Assembly: GCA_013265495.1 (NCBI GenBank) | Contig: MU061538.1 | Span: forward strand, 1,817,339 to 1,881,338 | DNA length: 64,000 bases | Source of the DNA: Vicugna vicugna | Taxonomy: Eukaryota | Reading direction: 5' to 3' | Shown here: positions 36,191 through 49,604 of the stretch, piece by piece | How positions within the stretch are numbered: the stretch's first letter is position 1 | Layout: every line of letters begins with the position of its first letter | The notes under the pieces: model-generated | What the model was told of the DNA's origin: nothing | What the model saw: only the letters and a program-made list of their open reading frames with translations | Database searches by the model: none | Position numbers and translations under genes: made by a program

Positions 36191-39100
36191 CTATTTGAAA
36201 AGATGCAGACGTGTTAGAGGCCTCCAGACAGCCCGGACCAGATTTACAGGGAGAAAGCAGGAAAGAAACACGTAACCGTGACCCTCCGGAGCCGCAAGCG
36301 CTTCACCCACAAGTAACTGAGCTAGCAGCAGCTCGCAGGGTCCAGCCAGCCACTCGGGACCCACGAGTGAGCCCTGTTACGTGAAGACATGCTTTCCCCT
36401 TGTAAAGAGCACAAGTCTCCCCTGTAAATTCTGAAGTATTTTCATCTGAGACACTACGCTGTGCCAAGGGAAGCTAAAAAGGAGGAGCTGAAGCCCAGCC
36501 GAAGCACCGCCCGCAAACCGAGGCGTTTGGCAATCGCGGTCCCTCTCACTGACGGCAGGGGGCACCGGTCAAGACCTGGCTCCGCCAGTCCTACACCAGC
36601 ACAGTTTCTAAGTGAAACCAGTAAAAATATTATTAACACACAGTGGCACAGAGATAAAAAATGACAAATTCCTGGTTGTTCTCATTTAAAAGCAAAACTA
36701 TTGATGAAACCACTCTGAAGTCACGTAATTAAAATTTATTTCACAAAGAATGGAAACTCATTTAATACTACTAGCATTCCAGATTTTCAGATTACGACTC
36801 ACAGCAAGTAAGAACAAAGTCACAAAAGAAAAAACCCATTAATGCATACATTTCTGCGACACCCGGTAGGTGTTCACCTCTCTGACCAATGATTTAAGGA
36901 CACAAAAAACAAACAAACAAAAAAACCCGTAAGAAACTTCAGTTGGCACATTATTCTGAATTTCTGGAAGGAAAAAGCTAACTTATTCTAATATGATGCC
37001 TTTATTTTTAAATATTATCTAAGCTGTGATGATAAATGCTTCCCATTAATAAATGAAAACCTAAATATTTCATTGCCTTCTACTAAGAATTCCCATGCCT
37101 TCTTCCACGGTGAAGGGTAAATTTTAAATATCACCAGTTTATCTCCTACCTTGAATTCCATAATCATCTCCAAAGTCTTCCAAAAATCTCTAAGCCACAT
37201 TTCATTTCCTTGAAATTGTTTCTATGATACTGCCCTCCCCTTCAAATGAATCTAGACTCCATTCAAACGAAAATTTAATCTTTTCTTAACAAGCACAGAC
37301 TTTTATTCTAATCTTGACTACATGATTGGTTCACATACACATTTTATGCGGTGAATCAGCAATTATTTTTCTAGTGGTTCTAAGTGTCAAGATTAATTTC
37401 ACCATCCCCAGTAATAAAATGGTTTCAAATGACATCTTTAATCAGCAAGTAAAAATGCTTTCCTCCAATTGAGACAAGCTGTCACAAAAGGTCACCAAAA
37501 TATGACAGGATGGAAATTACATTTGTAACTTCAACTGAAATGTTAATTTCCCTTTAAGTGTTTTCTGAACTATGTCCATATTCTAAAAGTACAGACATAG
37601 CTCAGTGTAGCAGTTTTATACTGTACTGTCCCTTTCTAAAATGTACTTAAGAACATACTTACATGCAAATAATTTTATAATAGTTGCACTAATATAGTGA
37701 ATAAATATGTATAAAATAAAGTTTATGTGCAAAATAAAAACAACAAATGATAGTCTGAGTTTTTGAACAAGATAACTGAATCAAGAAATTTGTAAAAACT
37801 TAGCAAATACAAGGACCATTATGTAAATTTTCGGCATTATTCTCTTGCTGGCACTAGTGACCTTGAACTGTTTATTACTAGATAAAAATATTTTCCCCAA
37901 AGATCCTTTGCCTTAAACAAAATTAACCAAGGGTATTATGTCAAGAGAACATTCTGTGGGCATAGTAACAATGTTCTTCGGACTAACACAGCAAAACATA
38001 ATTTAACATATTACATGTGCCAGTGAAACTCAGAACATCGCAAAACTCAACAAATTCCAAAAGCCCAACTAAAATAGAGTCATTTACTGCTTGTGCTGCT
38101 TTCAAAGAGAATCTCAGGTCCACCTCCCAGGGCAGAAGAACCAGCAGCTCCACACTTCCGTGCCAACACTTCAGGCTAAGTGGTCACCGACACCCACGTT
38201 TTAGAGATGGCTTTTGATATTCCAATTAAAACGAATCATTCCCTTACACACGTATGTTCTAGAAACCCTTCTCAACCACATTCTGGAGAGGAATTAAGCC
38301 CTTATACCCTAGGGATTCTCTGAATGTAATGAATGAATTTATCTCTTAAGTATATCGTTTCGTTCCATCCCTGGGAAAACTGAGAAACATTTTCTGTGAA
38401 GTGTTTAATTCCCAGAATCCTGGTTGAGGAAAAAAGCTTACTACTTAAGATCATAACCTAGGCAAAAGCCCAAATTTCTATTCTGAATCCAATCTGAATT
38501 TAAACTACTAGTCGACAGCTGTGTAACAGGCTCCATACTGGCCAAGACTGTCACAAACACGAGGTAGTGCTCTTCCTGTTTAAGGATGACACCATGTATT
38601 TGAATGTGAAAACGACTAGTGACCAAACGTCCTTCTAGGTTTTGAAGGGAATTCACTATCCACATGCAGACAGAAGGGTCAGAATTGGAGGATGCCAGAG
38701 CATTATTTCATTCTTTTCTTAAAGAGCAAAGTGTTCTAAGCATTAATCAATGGTATCACATAACTTTTTATTGGTACTCAGAATGTTAAAAGATCACTTG
38801 TCAAGAAATACATATCATATGAGACAACATTTGTATTTTGGTAGCAAGATATTTTAATCCCATTACAACAACAGGTAAACAGCTTTACACAGTCAAATAA
38901 ACGCAAGCATTTCTGTACAGAACCTGAAACTGGTATTTCTATCACCAAGAGTACACAAATAAACTGATGAGTAGAAATTTATGCAAATTTCTTGTGTACC
39001 AAATTTTATAGTAGCTTCTCTTTCTCACTGAATATTTTTCTTCTACATCAAAATAACTTTTTGGTTGGGGGCGGGTATTAAGGAAACAAGGGAGCTTGCT

Positions 39101-40607
39101 GCTACAGGAAACCCATCTTCAAATGGACAGAAAAATCCTTTTTGTAGTGAGACTAATCCTAACTTCTCATATTTCCAAACACTAAGTTTTCTTAAGTTAG
39201 GGCTTACAGATATGGAGCAGAGAAAGATACTTTTAAGCACGATTTTTATTTGCCCTACTATCTAGCCAAACAATCACATTCTGCACAAATACATTTAAAG
39301 TCTTTTTTTCTTAATGTTTAAAAGAATGGCAAATGGTCAAACTGTTTATGTTTATAGTCAATCTGCTTCTAAGGACCCTAGACCCTCTCTTCCCATATTT
39401 AAAGGGCCAACTTGCCCATCATTAACCCCTTCCAGCCTCTTGTCTCAGAATGACATGACTATAAAACCGACAAATGCCATAATAAGAAAGAGAAAAAAAA
39501 AAAGAAAAAAAAAAAGGCTTGACAAAAATTCTTTAATAAAGGAAGTACAAATGATCCTGAAAGGAACAAAATGAGGCAAAGATCCTGAAAAGAAAGAGAC
39601 GCAGGAATGAAACAAGTACACATCGTGAACACAGGCAAGTTGGACATTTCCGAACACAACAGTCAGGGTAAAATGAACAGACACGAGATGGACGGAGCGG
39701 AGAACCAGGGAAGGGGCGGCAGAAGCAGAGGCACCGAGGATTCAGGGTTGGGGGATGACTTGGGAAATCCGCGTGGCCTAAGGAGCTGGCTGCAGAGAGG
39801 ACGGCCACCATTCATAATGGTGTCTGGGAAGTGACTTCATAGCCTTAGAACTTGTAGCTATCCCAGTTATTAAGGCTGGACACACCAGGTTCCCCAATTT
39901 ATGTAACAAACCTCCCCATGGCACCCTCCCAGGCTCAGGAAGGCACTATGCCACCTCCTTAATAAGCTGCCCACTGCCCTACAGTGTTCAGCCAGGGGGG
40001 CCATCGTCCTTTGTTCATCTCATCACAGCCCAAGACTGAAATGTCTGTTCAGTAAGCTTGTTCTGTAACATGACCAATTCCTCCTGCCAAGGATACTTTT
40101 GTTTTTTTTCCCGTCTCCCTGTTTTAAGCTCTCTCCTTCATCTTCTTTCACCCAAGGCCAACTTTTCAGATCAATTTTCTTAGAAACCTATGTTGTACTT
40201 GTTCAGACTAACTGGTAACTTTATACCGTAACTTTAGAAAAGTCTAGGATTTTGAAATCTTGGGCCCAAAGGTAGAGAAGGAGGAAACTGGAAGGGGAAG
40301 AGGTGGAAACCACTAAGACTCTGTAACAATTTCTCCAAAAACCTCACTCAGTAAAGTAACATGATGTACCTGGTACCCTGGGCATCTTGGGAGCTTAGTG
40401 TCCTCGGAGATATTACATCAGCCACTTAAAGACATATGCTCATGTTTCTGACTGAAAACCAATACAATTAACAGTTTTTAAGGAGTAATAAAGGTAGTAA
40501 CTAATGGTTAGTTTCTTGGTTATTATTTTGACCAAGACCACAGAACAGGTACAGTCCTCTGTCCTTCCATCCTTTCACCACCGCCCTTGGAATATGGGAC
40601 AACGTAT

Positions 40608-40791
40608 CAGTAGTTTTCAAAGTATGGGTTCCAGAGCAGCAGGAATAACATCGCCCGGAAACTTATCAAAAATCCAACTTTCTTGGGCCCACCCTAAATC
40701 TACTGAATCAGAGAGCTGGCAGGTGGACCCAGAAATGTGCATTTTAACAAGCCTTCTGGGTGATTCTGCTGCTTAAATTTAAGAATCACTG
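40608..40791. mobile_element. MER5A-like hAT-Charlie element
   Basis: Termini cagtagttttcaaa and tttaagaatcactg, with internal ctactgaatcaga and gcattttaacaagc. Confidence 0.85.
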
Positions 40792-41422
40792 CATTATTCT
40801 TTACAATCAGAACCAAAAAAAACCACAGAGGAGTGGGGAACAGGGTCAGTACTGAAACAGGTTCTCTTGATGAGAAATAACCTGTGGTAATCTTTAACAG
40901 GAATGATGTTAAACTGATTATGTCTACAAACAAGTCACCTTGCCTCATTAAATACCAAGAGGAATGGCATACAGAAAAAAATACACAAAAGAGATGGTTA
41001 GAATGACACTAAAACGTACAAAGTAAAAAGTCTGATCCAGAATTAGCCCTGGCAACTTGAACAGTCTCAGGAAAGGCGAAATGACCTTGTACCGTCCCCA
41101 CACCACCCTCCCAGAGCCAGCCAGGAACTGCACAGGATACATGAGAGTAGGTCCAGGCCACAGACTCCAAAAGAACTATTTTTAAAATACAATCAAGTAT
41201 TTTATTCAAACTTTTTTTAATCCAGAAGATAGTCATTTTATAAAATGACTTTTACAGCCCCACAGCTCAGCTCTGACCTCACACGGACCATCGCCCTCTG
41301 GATGCCATGCATTAATACTCTACAAAGTCAACTTTTTAAATCTATTTGATTAATCATAACAGCACTATGGTGGAAGTTGAAATGGGAGTGGAGAAGGATG
41401 GAAGACAGGCAAAAAAAGTTAC

Positions 41423-41594
41423 CCAAAGTTTCTGGAATGTTTCTTCTTTCTCTAGTTACATCTGAGAGCCTAATAATTGTTCCTTCTTTCCTTTCAGTTT
41501 TGAAACGTAATCGTCCTGATTCTTCATCGTCATCATCCTCTTCATCTGACTCTTCTTTTATGTCCTTCTGCAACTCCAAAGTCTCCATACCTCC
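41423..41594 (-). CDS. RBM33: RBM33 coding exon 6 (172 nt): GGMETLELQKDIKEESDEEDDDDEESGRLRFKTERKEGTIIRLSDVTRERRNIPETL
   Basis: Overlaps ORF 41328..41588. Acceptor atgtag|GGA and donor TTGG|gtaact. Confidence 0.96.
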
Positions 41595-42757
41595 CTACAT
41601 TGCAGACACACAAGAAACAAAAGAGGAGGGAAGGTGAGTTCATATTCTTTTCAATTAAATATTGAAGAATGGTAATGCAGTTAGGTAATAAGATAGGTAC
41701 CTACCTACACACATACATATACACATACATAAAAGTTCTATATATTTAAGATGTAAAAATACTGAAAAATGTCTTATTTATAAGGCCATGTGAAACACTA
41801 AATTGATTCCAGGAGAAAATCTCAAATATTAAAAATTAACAATGTTAGAAAAATTCAAATTCCTACTGGTAGTTAATATGCAAAATCTTACACATTGCTG
41901 CTACTTACACTTCTAAGAGAACAAACAATGAATTCCAAAAATCCCTGCTGGACTCCAGTCCAGTCTGGATCTAGCAGAGTTCAGCGTGTTCATGAAACCA
42001 GCGCTAGAGTTCCATGAGCTCATTATTAGCGCCTAGCCCACCCTGTAACTTACGTTAGATGACAGTATACTCCTTCCGGTTAAACAGACTCCACACTTCC
42101 TGCAACTCCTGACCCCACCTACTTGGGCTTTCAATTCCAGGCAACAGCTCCAAATTGGCTGTTGGGTTGATTTTTTTTCAGCCTCCAGAACTTTCCCGCA
42201 TCATTTCTCCTCACTTCACTGTCTAGTGTTTGCTCATTACTAGCTCAGACTACTAACAGAGCAAAATCATTTTCTTAGTTCGTTCACTTTACATAAAACC
42301 AGCTTTTATCTTCTATTTCATTACATCCGGATTCCCACAAAAATTGTGCCTAATCTAGTCCCAAACTAAAAGTAATTCCTTCATCAACAATTCCTACCGT
42401 ACAACTCATGTTTCTTTTGACACTAATCACTTTCACCTCATATTAGGTCTTAGTGACCTACTGTTAGGTAATAAGACAGGTACATACTAAAGACTAGGTT
42501 CATTTAGATGCTTTCTGTAACATTTAAAAAAAAACAGAAATTCCTTCTTTATTCTCATCATTCATCATCTATAAATGTCCTTTACTTTTAAGAGAAACAA
42601 AAATGAACCACTTGGCTAGAAAAAGTCCAAGAAACAAATCAAAATAAACTGACACAATCATTTTGAATTCTTTCCTCAACATTTTCTGTGTAAAAAGTAC
42701 ACACATCCACTGCTATAAATCCTACAAGTGGAGACATTTTCAGGAGGTCAAATGCCT

Positions 42758-42835
42758 AAAAATAAAATAATAAATGTTAAATAAAAAATAAATAAATAAT
42801 AAATAAAAAAATAAATAAAAATAAAATAAAATAAA
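42758..42835. repeat. (TAAAA/TAAA)n A-rich simple repeat
   Basis: Read directly from the sequence. Confidence 0.85.
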
Positions 42836-43074
42836 TTTTAGCCTAATGATTCTAAACCACCTTTCAAGTATTGACTCTCAGCATCCCAAAGAATTTTAAA
42901 GTACCAAAATGTTGGCATTTTGTTAGTTTGATATCATTACTTTTGTCTTAATATCTGAAATCAGAATGAGTGACATGCGAGGTGGACCCAGCTCTCTGTG
43001 CTGCACAACACTCAAACTGAGTACAAGTAAATTTACTCACAAAACTCTTCTCCACATCAACCAAAGCTCCAGAG

Positions 43075-43225
43075 CAATGCTTCCCAAATTTAAGGTTTAT
43101 ACAGATCACTGGGAATCCTGCTAAAACGCAGATTCTGATTCTGCAGGTCCAGGATGGGGCCTAATATTCTGCATCTCCAACAAGCTCCAACATGGAGAGC
43201 CACAGACCACATTTACGTAGCAAGG
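43075..43225. mobile_element. MER5-family element (MER5B-like)
   Basis: aaaacgcagattctgattctgcaggtccaggatggggccta..ttctgcatctccaacaagctcc. Confidence 0.75.
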
Positions 43226-43434
43226 CCACAGAAGAAGAAAAGAAATGAATACCAATAAAGCAAAGATTCTACTACAACAGTCACTTCTAATTTAACCTTT
43301 AACAGTACTGAAGCTAATACAGTTTCATTTTACATCCAACTCTCCACCTAAGACACCTAATGACAACAAAGATGAGCTGAAAACTGTTCTTCTGAAACAA
43401 ATGCTACAGGCCACCAGAAACAAACCAACAAAAA

Positions 43435-43860
43435 ATTCCAACGTATGACCCTGCAATCCCACTGCTAGATATTCACCCAAGAGAAATGAAAATTTATGTT
43501 CATGTAAAAATCTGTAGGAAAATGTTTACAGCTCTCTTTTGGATCACCAAAAATGGAAACAACAGTGAATGGATATACAAACTGCGGTCCAGCCAAACCA
43601 CGGAATGCTCTTTTAGCAATAAAAAGGAATGAACCACTGATACAGCTGGGGTGAAATCACAAAGGCGTTATTACGCTGGAAGAGAGAAGTCAACCTCAAA
43701 AGATGACATATGGCAAAAGATGACATACTCCACTGACATGAAACTCTCCAAGAGACAAAACTGCACCAGTCGCCAGTGGTCAGGAACGGAGGGAGGGCCT
43801 GATTACAAAAGGAGAGCACAAGGTAGGTTTTTTGAGAGGTGGGATGTCCTAGAATGCAAA
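43435..43860 (+). mobile_element. L1MB/MC-type fragment
   Basis: tatgaccctgcaatcccactgctagatattcacccaagagaaatgaaaa...gcaataaaaaggaatgaac. Confidence 0.8.
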
Positions 43861-44420
43861 CTTACAGTCCAAGTCTTGGGGTCCAGTTCAGCCCTGAACG
43901 ACATCAAGGATTACATAAGCTCTGAACTGAAAGTGAGATGCTGCCTGGTCTCGGCTGCCTCAAGTGCAGGCCACTTGGAAACATTCACTAAGCTACGTGC
44001 ACTCCTTCATCCACTGGTCACTACCTCTCACTCCAAACACTGCACTCCAAAAAAGAAAAAAAGCATCTCCTTTGGCCATGTGGCTTACAGAATTAACTAA
44101 CCTATCTGCCAAAATGTTGACTTTCTCTGCAATTTTTAACAAACATTATCTAGTATTCCATTCACAAGTAAAATTCCACTGAAGAGTGGTGCTAGATAAC
44201 AATATAAAAGTTAAATTACCCTAAGTTTATATTTTCTAAGAATTTAAGTATGTATGTAAATCTCTGATTTCATTACTAACACTACCAAAAATATTCAAAG
44301 GTCTGATTTTTTTTAAGCTATTTAATTATTCTGAAAACCTGAAAGACATACTTGTAACTCCTAACAGAGTGCATATGAAAACCATCACAAAAGTTCTTTA
44401 AAAACAGACAAGTCTAAAGC

Positions 44421-44539
44421 CGGGGAGAGTACAGATCAAGCGGTAGAGCGCAAACTCAGCATGCACGTGGTCCTGGGTTCAATCCCTGGTGCCTCCTCTA
44501 AAAATAGATAAATAAACCTACCCACCCCTCCAAAAAACT
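44421..44539 (+). mobile_element. Vic-1-type SINE with 16-bp target-site duplication
   Basis: TSD aaaacagacaagtcta at 44401-44416 and 44540-44555; B-box ggttcaatcc. Confidence 0.88.
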
Positions 44540-44924
44540 AAAACAGACAAGTCTATCACAATCTTATCATACATACATATATAATTAGAAATTCTAAGGG
44601 GGAACAAGACCCAGACTTGTATATTGTTTTACATTCTCCAGCTAATTCTGAAATGAGCCTGTGATGTCAGTATTTTGAAAGAAAATTCAACATTCCACCC
44701 CAAATCTGAGGGGGAAAAAAATGGGGTAGTCCTCTGAAGTTGAAAAAGAAAATGAAAACAAAACAAAACTGTAGAAAAACATTGCTTTAAAAAACTTCCC
44801 AGAAGTTTTTAGTGCTTATAAAATATTTGACAGAGAACAATTCTTTACTGTATCATGAAATACAAATTCTACCAACACTGAAAATTTATAAGTTGGAAAG
44901 TCTGAGCAATTAAACTGTGCAAAA

Positions 44925-47570
44925 ATTTCAAGAGAAGAAAATTATAGACCAATATCCTTCATGAATACAGACACAAAATTCCTTAAGAAAAAAAAAACCA
45001 TATGGAATCTAGCAAAGCATGAAAAGGAAAATACATCATGACCAAGTGAGGTTCCGCCAGGAACATAAGGTTGACTTAACATCCAACAATCAGTCAATTT
45101 TACAAATCTTACTTGGAGAAGAATTCCAAATATATGTACATACTGCCCCCTCCTCCAGAGGTGGAAGTGAAGTCTCACCCTCTTACCTTGGGTGCAGACC
45201 AGACTTAGTCACTTGCTTCCAAAGAACAGAGCAAAGGAAGTGAAAGATGGTGGCTTTACAGAATTAGTCTGTAACTGGCAAAGGCCACCTCACCACACGA
45301 GCAAGGCTGACACTGTCAGGGAGGCCTTGTACCCAGTGGTACGTAGTATGATGGGGTAAGAAAGACACCTAACCTTGGAGGTATTCTTTCCAAAAACGCA
45401 TAACCCTGGTCTAATCATGAGAAAAACAGCAGACCAGCCCAGGGCGGAAGACATTCCAGAGGACACCTGGCCAGTATGTTCAGTGCTTCTTTAGACTGTC
45501 GAGGTCGTGAAACTCAAGGGAAGACCAACAAACTATCACAGATCAGGAGACATGACAACAATTGGGTTGGATCCCAGAATAGAAAGAGGACATTAATGGG
45601 AATACTTGCAAAATGGAAATTAAGTCTGGAGTACAGTTAATAGTTTTTAAAGTCCATTTAATTCACAATAAAACAAGGGATAAAAGTCACAAGACTATCT
45701 CAACAGATGCAGAAAAAGCACTGACAAAATTCAACACCTACTTCTGATTAAAACAAAAATCTCAGCAACGAGACATAGAAAAGAACTTCTTAAAGCTGAC
45801 TGAAAACCTCCAGGTAGCTGATGAAGTACTGAATATTTTACCCCTGCTATCAAGAACAAGGCAGAAACAAAGCCCTCAGTGTTTCTATTCTGCATAGTAC
45901 TAGAGGTCAGGTCAATAAGGCAAAAGAAAGAAAGAAAAAGTAGGAAATGAAGAATTAAACTGTGTCTATTAACAGGCAACATTATCAAAATATTAGTTTT
46001 CCCCCAATTTGATCTAACAATACAATGCAATTTTCATAAAATCCTAACCAGATTTTTAATAGACATTGACAAGTCAATTACAGAACTTTCATGCAAAATT
46101 CAAAGGACTTAGAATGGCCAAAACAATCTTGAAAAGGAGAACAAAACTGATGGATTTACAGTACCTGATGCCACAGTAATAAAGACAGTGTAATGTTGGC
46201 AATGAAACAAAAAAGAAATTCCAAAGAGACCCAAACTTGAATGGTCAATTGATTCTCAATATAAGCACTAAGGCAGTTCAGTGGGAAAGGAGCTTTACAA
46301 CAAGGCATCTACGAGAACTAGGCGAAAAAAAGAATCTCATACCACATGTACGTGTTAGCTGAGACAGATCACAGGCCTAAGTAAACTAAACACAGCTAGT
46401 ACTATAAAGCTTCCAGAAGGAACACAGGATAGTATCTCTGGAACTCTAGGGTAGTCAAAGGTTTCTTGGAATTACTTAGAAGACAAAATTACTTAGTCTT
46501 CATCAAAATTAAATTTTTCTGGTCATGAAAAGATACCTTTAAGAAAATTAAAAACACAAGCCTCAAGCTCACAGAAAATATTTGTCATATATACATACGT
46601 ATGTATTTATCTGCCCATGGACTTATATCCAGAATACACAGACATGTATCCATCTAGAATACACACAGGTACATACATACTCTACACAGAGAATATACAG
46701 ACAATATATGTGTATATACAGATAATACATATTCTCTGTGCAGAATATATAAACTGTGTATAGCACATATAGACAGAAGCTTAAAAGACAATTCACATTT
46801 TCAAAAAAGGACACAAAGAAGATATATAAGTCAAATAAGTACACGGAATGAAGTTCTATATAATTAGTTATCAGAGAAATACAGATTAAAACCATGATGA
46901 GATACCCATTAGAAGAACTAAATGGAAAAAACCTAACAAATATCAAATGATGGAGAAATGAGACTCACACATGACTGGTGGGAGTATAAAATGGTATAAA
47001 CACTCCGGAAACCCATCTGGCTATTTCCCGCAGCATTAAACATACTTCTACTCTGTCAGTGACCCCACTTCTAGTTCATGCCAAAGAAAACGAAAAGATA
47101 TGTCCACAAAAAGATGTGTAAAATAAACTTTATAGTTACTTTACTCATAATAACAAAAAAACTAGAAACAACCCAAATATCGATTATCAGGAGAAAATAA
47201 ACAAAGGTATATCCGTAAAACAGAATGAAGTGTTGACTATTGACATACGTGACCACTTAGATGAAACCTCAAAAACATTACAGTGAGCAAAAGAAACCAG
47301 ACACAGAGTACTGTATTATTCCATACTGTATGAGCACATTCACATGAAGTTCTAGAACAGGATAGACTAATGTAAGTCAACAGAAGTAAGAACACTGCTT
47401 GCCTGTGAGAGGAGTCAGATCTGAACAGAAAGAAACAGGAGGAACTTTCTGGCATAATGGAACTGTTTCTCACCAACAGAAGGATGGTAACTCGGATGCA
47501 TACACAAATCAAAACACAGAACTGTATGCTCAGATCCGTGCCATTCTGCTGAATGTAAAAGTTATCACCA
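44925..47570 (+). mobile_element. Degraded L1M element (ORF2 to 3'UTR) with a nested L1 3'UTR fragment at about 45101-45650
   Basis: ORF2 motifs tatagaccaatatccttcatgaatacagacacaaaattcct, tctcaacagatgcagaaaaagcactgacaaaattcaacacc and gccaaaacaatcttgaaaaggagaacaaa. Confidence 0.8.
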
Positions 47571-48376
47571 CCTAAAAAGCATTTTACATGCCAATAGTGT
47601 AAGGACTTTTTTCAACTTCTCATTTGTTCCTCTACACAAGCCAAAACTATCTAAAACAGCAAACCTTTTTAACCACGTATGAAGACAACAGCACAAATGG
47701 CACTGATGTGGCTGTAGAATTAGAAAGGCTGAGAGTCAGTCTTCATATTACATCTTTCTCATTTGTTTCAAGTATACTGATTTCTTTGTACTAACCAAGC
47801 AAGAATATCAGTTAAATAAAAGGAGACATCTAAAACAGACCTTTCAATTGAAATTACTTTTTAGTTCCATGATTCAGATTCTAATGTGTACTTAAACACA
47901 GTGCCTAGAATGAAGTTGTCTGAAAAACTGCAAGACGTTTTCTACCTACAGTTTGAGCAACCAGAGCCATGAACACTGCAACACAAGATGGAGTGCAAAG
48001 GTCTGGTTCATCAACACGCTGCAGACAGCTAATTTAAGAAAATGGGTCAAAAAACTAGGGAGACACTAAGACACAGGAATATGTGGCAAATGAAAACTAT
48101 TTCTCTCCCTAAGGACTATGCAATTTAGTTAGACTTCTGAAAAAGATAGGAGGACAGCCTTCCAAAGGCAAAGCCTGTCAAAAGACACTGAAACAGTACA
48201 CAACACCCGCTTCCCAGCACCCACAGCAGCGCCACGCACACCAGTTCTCAGTAACGACCTTTCCAATTGACTGGCACGCAGTGATTCCACTAGAGGTAAG
48301 AGAACAAGCCCACAGCGTTTGCTGCTAGCGGAGAAGCCCAGCACATCGCCCGCCTCCCAGGACTGGGAGCTCCACA

Positions 48377-48500
48377 GGGAAGGGTACAGCTCGACTGGCA
48401 GAGCCCATACTCAGCACGCAAGAGGTCCCAGGTTCAATCCGCAGCACGTGTTCCAAGCGGAAATTAATGAAAAAACCCAATTACCTGCCCCTCAGAATAC
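48377..48500 (+). mobile_element. Diverged Vic-1-type SINE
   Basis: ggaagggtacagctcgactggcagagc...gaggtcccaggttcaatcc...ccaattacctgcccc. Confidence 0.75.
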
Positions 48501-49247
48501 AAACTCCTGAGAGCAAAGAACATTACAAAGAATTTTCAGTCAATTCAAAAATAAGCAACATAAAAAAGTAAACAAACCAACAATCAGAGACAGAGGATAA
48601 GAAAGTAAAAGTATGAGTAACTTCTTAAAATACTGTATTTAAAATTAAAGTATGGGACATACAGCTTAAACGAAAAAAAACAAATAATGTGAGATTTTAC
48701 TTTCTGCTCTATAAAAAGATTCATATTGAAAACAACCATAAGGATGTTTCATGTGAGTTAACAGCAACTAGAAATCACAGGAGTTAAACAAATGCAATCT
48801 AGTTCTTTGCCTTCCAAATGACCAAGGTCAAATTTAAACCACCCTATATTTCCCTGTTCACAAGTTAAATTAACGGCAAAAATATTTTAGGATATTTGGT
48901 GTACAAAGTATAAAATATATCACAATCTAGAGGTAATCACTATTACTCTCACACACACTTAGATGTGCAAAGTCATAGAGGGACGGAAGGGGAGGAATTC
49001 TATTAGCTTGTTCTTTTCACTTAACGTATCACAAGCCCCTTTCCATGTCCAACAGAGAGCTAGGATATCCTTTGGTGACCTGTAGTCCTCTGGCCATCAT
49101 TTACTTAACCCTTTAGAAAAATCTAAGTTGGTGCCATTTATTTTCAAGGCTGCAAACAAATACCTGGTTCATGTTACCTTCGAACACATCCTAGATTAAT
49201 TTTTGGATAACTTCATCAAAGTGGAATTACTTTCAAGCTTTTGATTC

Positions 49248-49604
49248 TGTTAATGAACAGTGAAGGAAGGGTCTGTGATTTTACCCTTCTTGCAGCTAAT
49301 AAGGCAGCCTGCCACTGTTTCATGAAGGCTATGAGAAGGCATGAGACTCCTCATCACAGACTAGGACAATTTATTCCTTGAGGAAGCTGAATTACAGGAG
49401 GGGCTCTGAGTTTAGGGAACCCAAGTCTGTAATAATGAGCATAAAGCACACCTGCCCCTTGCTCCAGAGGAAGACACATCTCTCCTATGCTGTTGCTACA
49501 GAAACATCTTTGAAAAGCTAGTCAGGAACAAAAGGCAGTCAGCACTTTTTCCCAAAACATGCAGAGACATGTTAGACCCATGGAAAAATGTCTCCTGGCA
49601 GACA
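49248..49604 (-). mobile_element. ERVL-type solo LTR (MER76-like; family recalled, not verified)
   Basis: Minus strand reads tg..ggagacatttttccatgggtct...ctgactgccttttgttcctgacta..ttttcaaagatgttt and ends in aaca. Confidence 0.6.

Noticed and set aside
42540..42575. ATGATGA twice on the transcript strand (C-box like)
   Set aside because: I found no CTGA D box or terminal stem at a suitable distance, so no snoRNA is called.
46585..46775. TA/CA-rich low-complexity stretch and the ORF over it
   Set aside because: It is a decayed microsatellite inside an L1 fragment.
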